Below are positions 15,853-24,459 of a DNA stretch of 32,000 bases, in pieces (within the stretch, counting starts at the first letter, position 1; each line of letters starts with the position of its first letter). Source of the DNA: Candidatus Babelota bacterium (GTDB lineage Bacteria; Babelota; Babeliae; Babelales; Vermiphilaceae); NCBI GenBank assembly GCA_039809905.1, contig JBDHVY010000001.1, positions 510,001 through 542,000 of the forward strand, written 5' to 3'. The notes beneath the pieces are model-generated. The model searched no databases, was not told the origin of the DNA, and saw nothing but the letters and a program-made list of their open reading frames with translations. The position numbers and the translations under genes were made by a program.

Positions 15853-18800
15853 ATGCAAAAGGCTTTTATGCAAAAAATTAATCATCTGCTTCTGATAACA
15901 CTATTATGCCATGCTACTGCAGCTTTAGCAGAACAAGTCCCAACCTCAATATTTCAAGAAGCACGTAGCGGTAACGCACAAGCAATAAAAGAACGTCTTG
16001 AAGAATGGCAAGATTGTAGCGCAAAAGATGAAAATGGAAATACCGCTCTTCATATTGCAGCACAAAAAGGACATACAGAAATAGTTGATATGCTTACCAC
16101 AGAACAAAAATTTTTAGAATGGGATTGGAATTATCTGTGTTCATGGGTGCAAACACCAGCAAAATTACCCAACAAAAATGGAAAAAATAATGATGGCAAT
16201 ACACCATTGCATTGTTCTATTGAAGCGGGTCAAGAAAAAGCAACAGAATGCTTATTACAAAAAAATGTCGATACAAATATCTGCAATAATCAAGAATATG
16301 TTCCTTCATTCATGATACTTGCACAAGATAATCCGACATTGATTCCTCTTTTGAAACATCATAATTGTCTCAACAAAAAAGTTAAAGGTAATACCGTTTT
16401 ACATGTTGCAATTAAACAAAATAAACCACACATAGTAGAACGTTTATTAGATGAGCAATCTTTAGTTCACGAAAAAGATGCTGAAGGTAAAACAATTACA
16501 ACAATTGCTTTAGATGCAAGCAATATTCCTGTTTTAAACACATTAATTAAAAAGAATATTAACCTTAATGAACCAGATAAAGATGGTCAAAGACCAATGC
16601 ATCATGCCGCTCGTGATGGTAAATATGATATCCTCAACTTTCTTTTAGAACATAAAATTTCTCATAATGTGACTGATAAAGAAGGTAATACACCATTGCA
16701 TTATACTGCAATGTATAACCGTAAAAAGGAAATGGATCTTTTATTAGCACATACAGCCGATATACAGCAATGCAATAATGCGGGAGAAGATATATTCTTA
16801 ATTGCCGTTGATAAAAAGCATATAGATCTTGTAGAATATCTTGCTAAAAAACCCGGTATCAATATTAATATTCGCGATAAAAAAGGGCAGACTGCCTTTA
16901 TGCGAACAACCATAGCACAAGATTATACTGGTTCAAAAAAATTGTACGACCTTGGTGTTAATCTGCGTCTTACTGATTATGATCAAGAAAACGTACTTCA
17001 CAAAGCAGCCGCTCTTGGTAACGAGGATATTACAAAACTTGTTCTTAGCCGTGATAAAACATTGCTCGAAATTAAAAACAAACACGGTGAAACTCCTTTA
17101 TTTGTAGCAGTAAAAAATGGTCGCTATGCCATTTCTCAAGCATTGATACAACAATATGGCGCATCAATAAACAGCACCAATAATAATGGCGAAAATCCTC
17201 TGTTTGTTGCCATAGCAAAAGGTTATGAAACCTCCACAAAAATATTATTGCAAGCGGGAGCTTCAGTAAACACTAAAAATAAATTTGGCGAAACTCCACT
17301 ATTAGTAGCAGTAAAAAATGGCAGAGCCGAACTTGTTACATTATTAACACAACAATATAATGCACCAGTAAATATTACGAGCAACAATGGGTCTATTCCT
17401 CTGTTTATTGCCGTAGAAAATGGTTACCAAAATACCACGAAAGCGTTGCTCAAAGCTGGCGCATCTCTTCTTACTAAAAATAAAGAAGGTGAAAGCATTC
17501 TTCATGTTGCTGCACAACTATCAGATACTACTATATTGTCAGATCTCTTGAATCAACCCAATAAACCAGATATCAACATCCTCAATAGCGCCAAATTAAC
17601 ACCATTGCATTGCGCAGCACAATCTAATAATGTTGCAGGAATAAAATTATTAGAACAACACGGCGCAGGTTGGAATTATATAACTCCTCAAGGAAATACT
17701 ATTGCTCATTCCGCTATTGAGAAAAACGCTGTTAAAGCTCTTGATTATATAATTACAAGAGATCCACAGCTTCTTAATATTGAAAATAAAAGTGAACATA
17801 CTCCATTACTTTTAGCGGCTAAAATGAATGCTCTTTCTTGTGCAAAAAAAGCATTACGGGAAAAAGATTTTATAAATAAAGACATTGAACGAGCAATCAA
17901 TATAGCAATTCATTTTTCTCATCCTGATATGCGTCATTTCTTAGAAAGTGAAATCACGGATCGAAAAAATCGTCGCAGAAAAATAGGCAACATGTATCAT
18001 GAAATTGATTCCATAATCAGTGACAATCGCGCAACAGTTGCTACATTGGTACTGAAAAATATTATGAGCTCAAGAGAATACAATCCAGGTCTAGTAAACC
18101 ATTATACTGATCATCAATTATATCACATGACTGAAACTGAAATAATTGAAGTACATAACTACTATCTTGAACGTAAAAATAAGGAACTACAGTACAAAAA
18201 TGTTGTGACGCAACGATTAAATACCGTCTTGCAACAAGAAGCCGCGCAAAGAGAAGCTGAAAAAGAACTTAAACGTATTGCACGAGAAAGAGAACGCGCT
18301 GAAGAAGAAGCTCGCCTTCAACGCATTGAAGACCAAAAGCGCCGTGAACGTGAACTAAAAGAAAAACTTGAAAGAGAGGCTTTGCAAGCACAAAGAGCAC
18401 GCGAGTTAGAATTTAAACAAAAACAACTTGCAGAAGAACAAGCTCGCCTTGCACGTATCGAAGAACAAAATCGCCGTGATCGTGAGTTACGAGAAGCTCA
18501 AGAAAAAAAGACTGCCTTAGAAGCACAAAAAGCACGTGAATTAGAATTTAAGCAAAAACAAGAAGCGGAAGAAAAAGCTAAACAAGCTGCTCTCAAAGCA
18601 CAACAAGATGAAATAGATCGCCGCAATAAGGAAAAAGCCGCACAAGATGCATGGCAAGCAGACATGGTACGTAAACAAAAAGAAGTTACCGCTGCAATTG
18701 CTGCCGATAAAGAACGTGCACGTCAACAACAACATAGTAATGCCTTGGAAGGCCAGCATATACCACAGAATCTACAACCAAGTGCACCGCCAATGGAAAA

Positions 18801-19176
18801 CATAACAGTTGAAATTTTATGTTCATCATGTGGAAAAAAAGCATCAGCTAAGCCTCTGCCATGCAATAATGGTAAATGCAGAAAAAAAACAGCAAACTTA
18901 TGCAATGATTGTTTAAAACAACACAATAAAGGACAATGCCCTACCTGCTGGAACACCATTGGTAAATTCACACAAAAAGAAATAGATCAATGTTGCATCT
19001 GCACAGAAAAACAATCTGTTACTCCTATGCCATGCAATAATTGCAAAATCGGGAGCGCTCGCATTTGCAAGGAGTGTCTAGGTGATTGCCTTCAAAGCAA
19101 TCCTCATAAATGTCCAACATGCATGCAAGATGCATACAATAAAGACTTGATAGAAAAAGTTTTAAATCAGAAATAA
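15853..19176 (+). CDS. Exported ankyrin-repeat protein with a coiled-coil repeat region and two C-terminal 8-Cys zinc-binding (RING-like) modules
   Basis: The 1107-aa ORF has the signal peptide MQKAFMQKINHLLLITLLCHATAALA and about 16 ANK repeats (GNTALHIAAQKGHTEIVDML and similar). An E/R/K/Q coiled coil spans about 18240-18730. The C-terminus has CxxC-x10-Cx4C-x7-CxxC-x8-CxxC and then CxxC-x10-CxxC-x7-CxxC-x11-CxxC (18811-19140). Confidence 0.9.
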   Translation: MQKAFMQKINHLLLITLLCHATAALAEQVPTSIFQEARSGNAQAIKERLEEWQDCSAKDENGNTALHIAAQKGHTEIVDMLTTEQKFLEWDWNYLCSWVQTPAKLPNKNGKNNDGNTPLHCSIEAGQEKATECLLQKNVDTNICNNQEYVPSFMILAQDNPTLIPLLKHHNCLNKKVKGNTVLHVAIKQNKPHIVERLLDEQSLVHEKDAEGKTITTIALDASNIPVLNTLIKKNINLNEPDKDGQRPMHHAARDGKYDILNFLLEHKISHNVTDKEGNTPLHYTAMYNRKKEMDLLLAHTADIQQCNNAGEDIFLIAVDKKHIDLVEYLAKKPGININIRDKKGQTAFMRTTIAQDYTGSKKLYDLGVNLRLTDYDQENVLHKAAALGNEDITKLVLSRDKTLLEIKNKHGETPLFVAVKNGRYAISQALIQQYGASINSTNNNGENPLFVAIAKGYETSTKILLQAGASVNTKNKFGETPLLVAVKNGRAELVTLLTQQYNAPVNITSNNGSIPLFIAVENGYQNTTKALLKAGASLLTKNKEGESILHVAAQLSDTTILSDLLNQPNKPDINILNSAKLTPLHCAAQSNNVAGIKLLEQHGAGWNYITPQGNTIAHSAIEKNAVKALDYIITRDPQLLNIENKSEHTPLLLAAKMNALSCAKKALREKDFINKDIERAINIAIHFSHPDMRHFLESEITDRKNRRRKIGNMYHEIDSIISDNRATVATLVLKNIMSSREYNPGLVNHYTDHQLYHMTETEIIEVHNYYLERKNKELQYKNVVTQRLNTVLQQEAAQREAEKELKRIARERERAEEEARLQRIEDQKRRERELKEKLEREALQAQRARELEFKQKQLAEEQARLARIEEQNRRDRELREAQEKKTALEAQKARELEFKQKQEAEEKAKQAALKAQQDEIDRRNKEKAAQDAWQADMVRKQKEVTAAIAADKERARQQQHSNALEGQHIPQNLQPSAPPMENITVEILCSSCGKKASAKPLPCNNGKCRKKTANLCNDCLKQHNKGQCPTCWNTIGKFTQKEIDQCCICTEKQSVTPMPCNNCKIGSARICKECLGDCLQSNPHKCPTCMQDAYNKDLIEKVLNQK
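17080..17481 (+). repeat. Tandem duplication of a two-ankyrin unit (about 201 bp, two copies)
   Basis: KHGETPLFVAVKNGRYAISQALIQQYGASINSTNNNGENPLFVAIAKGYETSTKILLQAGASVNTKN matches KFGETPLLVAVKNGRAELVTLLTQQYNAPVNITSNNGSIPLFIAVENGYQNTTKALLKAGASLLTKN. DNA similarity is visible at 17080 and 17281. Confidence 0.8.
18310..18576 (+). repeat. Tandem ~132-135-bp (44-45 codon) repeat in the coiled-coil region
   Basis: gctcgcctt occurs at 18310 and 18442. Both units encode ARL(Q/A)RIE(D/E)Q(K/N)RR(E/D)REL...A(R/K)ELEFKQKQ. Confidence 0.8.
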
Positions 19177-19184
19177 TAATAGGT

Positions 19185-19220
19185 AAACGCGAGTCGTATG
19201 AATAAGTACGACTCGCGTTT
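19185..19220 (+). terminator. Long GC-containing hairpin after the ankyrin gene; probable terminator without a U-tract
   Basis: aaacgcgagtcgta (19185-19198) pairs with tacgactcgcgttt (19207-19220), a 14-bp perfect stem with an 8-nt loop. It starts 9 nt after the stop at 19176. Confidence 0.55.
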
Positions 19221-19233
19221 ATACAAAAAAACA

Positions 19234-20328
19234 ATGCTATACAATAAAAATTTTTTTATTATTTTTTATTTTTTTATTATCGGAATCATATCTTATGGAG
19301 CTGAAAATAAAGGCTTAGCTCATTTATATAAGATAGAAAAAATTGATGCTGATGCTAATACAAAGCATGTAACACATATTACCAACAATATTATTGCCAT
19401 AACCAATAATAATCAATTGCACATTTTACAATTAAACCCAGTACAAAAAATCCATAGCATTAAGATTGTTGATGAAGAGCTCTTAAGTCACTCAATATTT
19501 CATACACATGATAATAAGATTATAGCTGCTTCACGCAATAAGATTCTTATATATGATCTGGAGACAAAGAAACAACAGCTTGAAGAACAATTTTTAAATC
19601 AATTTATTACAGCTACAACTATCCATCCCCGCAAGAGCATACTTTTTGTATTGTCTTCAATTAATGGCTTTGTTACAAAATACAATTATGTAACAAAAGA
19701 ATCAGAATCTTTCGATCTACCTCAAGAAACTTGGACACGCATGAGCATTCATCCAAACAAGGAGATTATGTGTTTAGCCAGCGATAGAATGCTTTCTTTC
19801 TGTCCATTAGAAAATTTAAATACAATAGAGGCTATTGGACACACTCACAAAATTGTACTTTTTTGCAACTATAGTCCTGATGGATCTTATATAGTTACAG
19901 GAGACGCCTATGGGATTTCCGCAATACATCTCAATAAAAAATCTAATGAGTTAACGATACTTGCAAAAAATGAGCGTTTTCTGAATATAAAATTTCACCC
20001 AAATGGCTTGTTGGCTATTTTTACTGCTCAATACTCTGGACCTTCTGAAAGTTCAATAGGCCGATCGCTATACTTCTGGGACTTAAAAGAAAGAAAATGT
20101 GTTCATGTGATGCCTTATCTAAAAATTAACAGTGAAGATGATTTTTCTTTTTCCAAGAATGGTCTAGAGGTTGTTATTGCAGGGTATAAAAGTATTATAA
20201 AAACATATGTTCCTTTTGTTGTACAAGAATATGAAAAACTTTTTATCTGGTTAAAAAAGCTTGAACAACAACATCTGATATCAAAAGATATTATAATGCA
20301 CTGTTTGAACATTTTTTTGAGGCGTTAG
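19234..20328 (+). CDS. Exported or membrane-anchored WD40-like beta-propeller protein
   Basis: The start of ORF 19198..20328 lies inside the upstream hairpin. ATG 19234 gives MLYNKNFFIIFYFFIIGIISYGA, a hydrophobic leader. Degenerate WD-like blades are visible: ILIYDLETKK, TTIHPRKSILFV, MSIHPNKEIMCLASD, YSPDGSYIVTGDAYG, KFHPNGLLAIF and LYFWDLKERK. Confidence 0.7.
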   Translation: MLYNKNFFIIFYFFIIGIISYGAENKGLAHLYKIEKIDADANTKHVTHITNNIIAITNNNQLHILQLNPVQKIHSIKIVDEELLSHSIFHTHDNKIIAASRNKILIYDLETKKQQLEEQFLNQFITATTIHPRKSILFVLSSINGFVTKYNYVTKESESFDLPQETWTRMSIHPNKEIMCLASDRMLSFCPLENLNTIEAIGHTHKIVLFCNYSPDGSYIVTGDAYGISAIHLNKKSNELTILAKNERFLNIKFHPNGLLAIFTAQYSGPSESSIGRSLYFWDLKERKCVHVMPYLKINSEDDFSFSKNGLEVVIAGYKSIIKTYVPFVVQEYEKLFIWLKKLEQQHLISKDIIMHCLNIFLRR

Positions 20329-20361
20329 ATCTAAAACACCGTTGTGGCTCCAAGAAAAACC

Positions 20362-20673
20362 ATGATATACAATAAAAATCTTTTTATTATTTCTTATTTT
20401 TTTATTGTCGGAACTTATACGCTTATTTGGATGAGATATTTACTTATTTAGATGAAAATTGTAGTGATTTAGATAAAACAAACCTAAAAGAAACAACTGA
20501 AAAGATACAAGCTATTCCTTCAAAATTAGATAGTTTTGTTAAAAAAGAAGCAATCCGTTTCGGAGTATCTGTGGATGTTATAAAAAACTGTTCCAGACTG
20601 CGTCAAAAACTGGCAAAATGATCCTAGAATAAAAACAGGTACCGTACAAGAACTTATAGAAAAAAAGTTTTAA
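20362..20673 (+). pseudogene. Frameshifted gene remnant; its 5' end is paralogous to the WD40-like gene and its 3' end resembles the ankyrin gene 3' end
   Basis: Positions 20362-20414 match 19234-19286 at 49 of 53 nt and encode MIYNKNLFIISYFFIVG, but a stop occurs at 20449. Coding continues in another frame (20427..20621) and returns to the first frame for the last codons (..QELIEKKF, stop at 20671). The 3' ~40 nt resemble 19141-19178 (gacttgatagaaaaagttttaaatcagaaataa). Confidence 0.5.
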
Positions 20674-20693
20674 ATGAAAAATAAAAAACATAA

Positions 20694-20733
20694 AAAAGCA
20701 CCCTGTACAATTTGTCTACAGGGTGCTTTTTTT
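20694..20733. terminator. Canonical bidirectional intrinsic terminator
   Basis: aaaagcaccctgta (20694-20707) pairs with tacagggtgctttt (20717-20730) around a 9-nt loop. An A-run lies upstream and a T-run downstream. It sits between + strand genes and the convergent murE. Confidence 0.8.
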
Positions 20734-20862
20734 ATAGTATGTTTCAAAAAATTGATATATTTATTTATGGTAAATGTCTTATTTTTTGTGGTCCAAAAAG
20801 ATTGTTGTGAGGTTGAATGGTAGGTTTTTTAACAATATGTGGATAGCATTTTGAAGTACATT

Positions 20863-22284
20863 TTATAATTGCTCTACAATACTACGTTCACTAAAATAAT
20901 GTTTTGTTGTTCCAATGATTTGATACTCATCAGGCCCTTTGCCAAGTAATGCAATTATAGAGTCCTGATCAGATAACTGATACGCATATTCAATAGCCTT
21001 TTTACGATCAAGCTCTTGAATAATTTTATGTGTTAATGATTGTGGAATATCACCAATAATATCATTGGCTATCGTTGCGGCATCTTCTAATCGTGGATTA
21101 TCAGACGTTATCATTACAATATCGGCAATTTCTGCTGCAATACAACCCATCATAGGTCGCTTTGATTTATCTCTGCCACCACCAGCACCAAAAACAACAA
21201 TTAATTGTGAAGTAAGCGCACGTAATGTGGATAAAACTGCATGAAATGATTCAGGATTATGTGCATAATCAATAAAACAGCGCGCACCATTTGGTAAAAC
21301 ATGTTCTTGTAATCTTCCCGGCACACCTGCAAATGTTTCAAATGCTCTACTGATGTCATCAGGACTAATGCGCAATGCCAGTGCCATACTCGCTGCAGCT
21401 AAAACGTTATATCCATTATAGGTACCAAAAAGAGAATGACATGCAAAATGATATTCTCGTAATTGCAATTTGATTGAAGCAATAGCATCAGTTAATAATT
21501 TTCCATGATATATATTCTCTGTGCTATTAAACCCAAAGCTCATCATATGCGAATGTTGTTCCAATAAAGACATGCAATATTCATTATCATTATTAATCAA
21601 AATAGGTGCATCATCAGTAGCTTGATTAAAAATTAAGCATTTAGCTCGGAAATAATTATCCAAATCAGGATAAAATTCTAAATGTTCATGAGAAAAATTA
21701 GTAAAAATAATACCACAAAAAGTGATTCCTTCAACTCGATGCAGCGTTAATGCTTGTGCAGCAACTTCCATGATTACATATTCCACCCCTTGATCAACAC
21801 ACAATTTGAGAAATTGTTGTAAATAATCTGGTTGTGGCGTTGTTAATGATGCAGGAAATACCGTACCATTCATTTTATTTTGCGCAGAACTAATCAACGC
21901 TGTTTTATATCCAGTACATCGGAGAATATGTTCAAGCAAAAAAGATGTTGTTGTTTTGCCTTTGGTGCCGGTAATACCAATAATTTTGAGTTGGCGTGCA
22001 GGAAATCCTGCTGCTTGTGCACTCAATTGCGCAAGAGCTTTTCTGGTATTATCAACACGCTGTACAGTAACATTACATTCTTGTATGATGCTGCATAAAT
22101 CATCAGGTAATAAAACAGTTTGGTGCACGACTATTGTACGTGCACCTTTTTCAATTGCGGATTTAATATAATTAATGCCATTATCGGCATATCCCTGGAT
22201 AGCCACAAAGATAGAGTTTTGACCAACAAAATCTGTATGACATGTTACCGGAAATATTTTAGGCATGGATAATAATGAATCCAT
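20863..22284 (-). CDS. murE: UDP-N-acetylmuramoyl-L-alanyl-D-glutamate--2,6-diaminopimelate ligase
   Basis: The 473-aa ORF has Mur ligase motifs: the P-loop GITGTKGKTTT, DYAHNP, and the MurE-typical TSDNPR. Confidence 0.9.
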   Translation of the reverse strand: MDSLLSMPKIFPVTCHTDFVGQNSIFVAIQGYADNGINYIKSAIEKGARTIVVHQTVLLPDDLCSIIQECNVTVQRVDNTRKALAQLSAQAAGFPARQLKIIGITGTKGKTTTSFLLEHILRCTGYKTALISSAQNKMNGTVFPASLTTPQPDYLQQFLKLCVDQGVEYVIMEVAAQALTLHRVEGITFCGIIFTNFSHEHLEFYPDLDNYFRAKCLIFNQATDDAPILINNDNEYCMSLLEQHSHMMSFGFNSTENIYHGKLLTDAIASIKLQLREYHFACHSLFGTYNGYNVLAAASMALALRISPDDISRAFETFAGVPGRLQEHVLPNGARCFIDYAHNPESFHAVLSTLRALTSQLIVVFGAGGGRDKSKRPMMGCIAAEIADIVMITSDNPRLEDAATIANDIIGDIPQSLTHKIIQELDRKKAIEYAYQLSDQDSIIALLGKGPDEYQIIGTTKHYFSERSIVEQL

Positions 22285-22291
22285 AAAATAA

Positions 22292-23629
22292 CTACGCCTT
22301 ATAATTTCTCAGTAACCCAAATACATTCTCTTTTATTTTTGGCAATAATAGTAATAAGCCATACATGTTGATGTATAACATCATTGCAATAATAATGCCT
22401 GCTAAATCCCACACAAAATCAACTGCAGCGACCGCTCCCAATAAAGCGCACAAACTGTACGTAATATTGAATGCCATGCCAAAGCGATTGTTTGTTAAAA
22501 ACATCCATGCAGATTTAACTACATACGCGTAAGAAACCATAACACCAAATCCAAAACTTACGGCAAGGAAACTTACAATCCATCCACCATATATTCCAAA
22601 AACTGTTTCAAATGCAGCAATAGTAAGCGCTGTACTGTTAAGACCACTATCCCATACACCAGAAGCAACAATACATAGTGCAACGATGAGTCCAATAAAG
22701 GTACTAATAAATGTACTAATCATTCCCATGAAACCGTTTTGAACCACATCATTGTTTCCAGTGGAACCAAACATAATGGCTGCAGAACCAAGACCTGATT
22801 CAGTTGCAAAAATAGAGCGAGACATTCCCGCAGCAATCATTTGTTGGAAAGAAAAACCAATTACTCCTCCGGCAAAAGACTGTAACCCCAATCCACTTTT
22901 TATCATAAGAGACAACGCAGGAATGATAGATTGATAGTGAACAAAAAGAACAGTCAAAGAAGAAGCCATAAATACCACTACTTTAACCGGAACAATACTT
23001 AATGAAATTTTGGCAATTCTATCTGCGCCACCAAAAAGTATGTATAAAACAAATAATAAAAGACCAAGACCGCTGATAATTGGTGCAATTCCCCATGTTG
23101 CAGCCAAACTAACTGCCATAGAATTTGATTGGATAACATTTCCACCAATTAAACCATAAATAACACAGAAAAATGCATATAACCAAGGAAGGTAAGATCC
23201 GCCAGGAACACGTTTAAGGTAAAGCATTGGTCCACCAAGAGAGCCTTTTTCTGTTGTTTGCGCTGCAAAAAGTGAACTAATATATACCTCGCCAAAACGT
23301 ACGGTCATTAAAATCAATCCAAATACAACAAACCAAAATGCTGCACCTGGACCACCTGAATAGATAGCCGTTGCAACGCCAGCAATAACACCATTACCTA
23401 AATTTGAATTAATCGTATTCATAAAAGCATGAAAGGGAGACATTCCTTCTGCTTGTTGCGATCCTTTTTGAGAAGGGAAAAGAGCAGTTTTAAGTGCTGT
23501 TGTAAGATACGTAAATTGCATACCACGTAAAGCAACTGTATAAATAATGCTGATAACACCAACATAAATAAGTAGTGGCCATCCACATACAACATCAGCC
23601 AGTTGATTTATTAATAGTACAAAATCCAT
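22292..23629 (-). CDS. Alanine/glycine:cation symporter (AGCS family)
   Basis: The 445-aa polytopic membrane protein has AGCS-like segments (GPGAAFWFVVFGLILMTVRFGE, ATESGLGSAAIMFG). It lies directly upstream of murE on the same strand. Confidence 0.8.
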   Translation of the reverse strand: MDFVLLINQLADVVCGWPLLIYVGVISIIYTVALRGMQFTYLTTALKTALFPSQKGSQQAEGMSPFHAFMNTINSNLGNGVIAGVATAIYSGGPGAAFWFVVFGLILMTVRFGEVYISSLFAAQTTEKGSLGGPMLYLKRVPGGSYLPWLYAFFCVIYGLIGGNVIQSNSMAVSLAATWGIAPIISGLGLLLFVLYILFGGADRIAKISLSIVPVKVVVFMASSLTVLFVHYQSIIPALSLMIKSGLGLQSFAGGVIGFSFQQMIAAGMSRSIFATESGLGSAAIMFGSTGNNDVVQNGFMGMISTFISTFIGLIVALCIVASGVWDSGLNSTALTIAAFETVFGIYGGWIVSFLAVSFGFGVMVSYAYVVKSAWMFLTNNRFGMAFNITYSLCALLGAVAAVDFVWDLAGIIIAMMLYINMYGLLLLLPKIKENVFGLLRNYKA

Positions 23630-23798
23630 AAGCGCTCCTCGCGTAAAAAAAATAATTTTAAAACATCAACATAATTAGTATACTTATTTTTTATATTTAT
23701 ACAGCACCCAATTAGCACCAAAAGTCTCTTTAGCAAACTTCGTTAACGTTCGCACGAATATTAGCTAAAAAAAATATTGGCTGCAAAGTCTTTTATGA

Positions 23799-23830
23799 GG
23801 TCCCCGTGTGTAAAGCATTGAGCATGGGGC
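23799..23830 (+). repeat. Intercistronic hairpin family, copy d (5' of ruvX)
   Basis: In ggtCCCCGTG-tgtaaagcattgag-CATGGGGc, the 7-bp stem includes a G-U pair that is valid only on the + strand. It ends 17 nt before ATG 23848. Confidence 0.7.
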
Positions 23831-23847
23831 TATTATGTGGAGTTACC

Positions 23848-24309
23848 ATGAAAATTCTTGCTCTTGATATCGGTGATCGTTGGACAGGAGTTGCTATCTC
23901 TGATCCATTAGGAATACTACCCCGCCCTTATGATACTTTTAAAACCAATGAATTATATGCATGCTTAGAAAAAGTAATTGCTCAAGAACGCATTTCCACC
24001 ATTGTTGTTGGATTGCCAACCACGCTACGCGGTACTGAAAGTGATCAAACAAAAAAAGTTATTGCTATGACACATGATTTGCAAAATCACTTTCCAAACA
24101 TTGAATGGAAAATGTGGGATGAAAGACTAACAAGTAAACAAGCATCTCAGATAAAACCAGCCAAAACAAAAGAAGATAAATTACGCTCCCATGCCGTTGC
24201 TGCCGCAATTTTTTTAAGTACTTATCTTGAACACAAACGATTTTTAAATCCATCTACAGATTATTTTGACAATAATGATGACTCTGATTCAGAAAACGAC
24301 GCTGTTTAA
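23848..24309 (+). CDS. ruvX: YqgF/RuvX-family putative pre-16S rRNA nuclease (Holliday-junction-resolvase-like)
   Basis: The start of ORF 23806..24309 lies inside the hairpin. ATG 23848 has a GGAG Shine-Dalgarno 5 nt upstream and gives MKILALDIGDRWTGVAISD, the YqgF N-terminal motif. VVGLPTTLRGTES and WDERLTSKQA also fit. The C-terminal tail is acidic. Confidence 0.85.
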   Translation: MKILALDIGDRWTGVAISDPLGILPRPYDTFKTNELYACLEKVIAQERISTIVVGLPTTLRGTESDQTKKVIAMTHDLQNHFPNIEWKMWDERLTSKQASQIKPAKTKEDKLRSHAVAAAIFLSTYLEHKRFLNPSTDYFDNNDDSDSENDAV

Positions 24310-24408
24310 TTACAGGCTATAATGTTGATTGACAACATACACCTTTATATTTTAGGTTGACATATAAAAGGAAAACAACTTCGATTCCCAAATTCTCGGT
24401 TTTTTAAA

Positions 24409-24440
24409 GGGTCTCCAATCAGAGTAAAGCTCGATTGGGT
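24409..24440 (+). repeat. Intercistronic hairpin family, copy a (5' of the zinc-ribbon ORF)
   Basis: In gggtcTCCAATC-agagtaaagctc-GATTGGGt, the 7-bp stem includes a U-G pair that is valid only on the + strand. It ends 19 nt before ATG 24460. Confidence 0.65.
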
Positions 24441-24459
24441 TTAAAAAAAGGAGTAGTTT

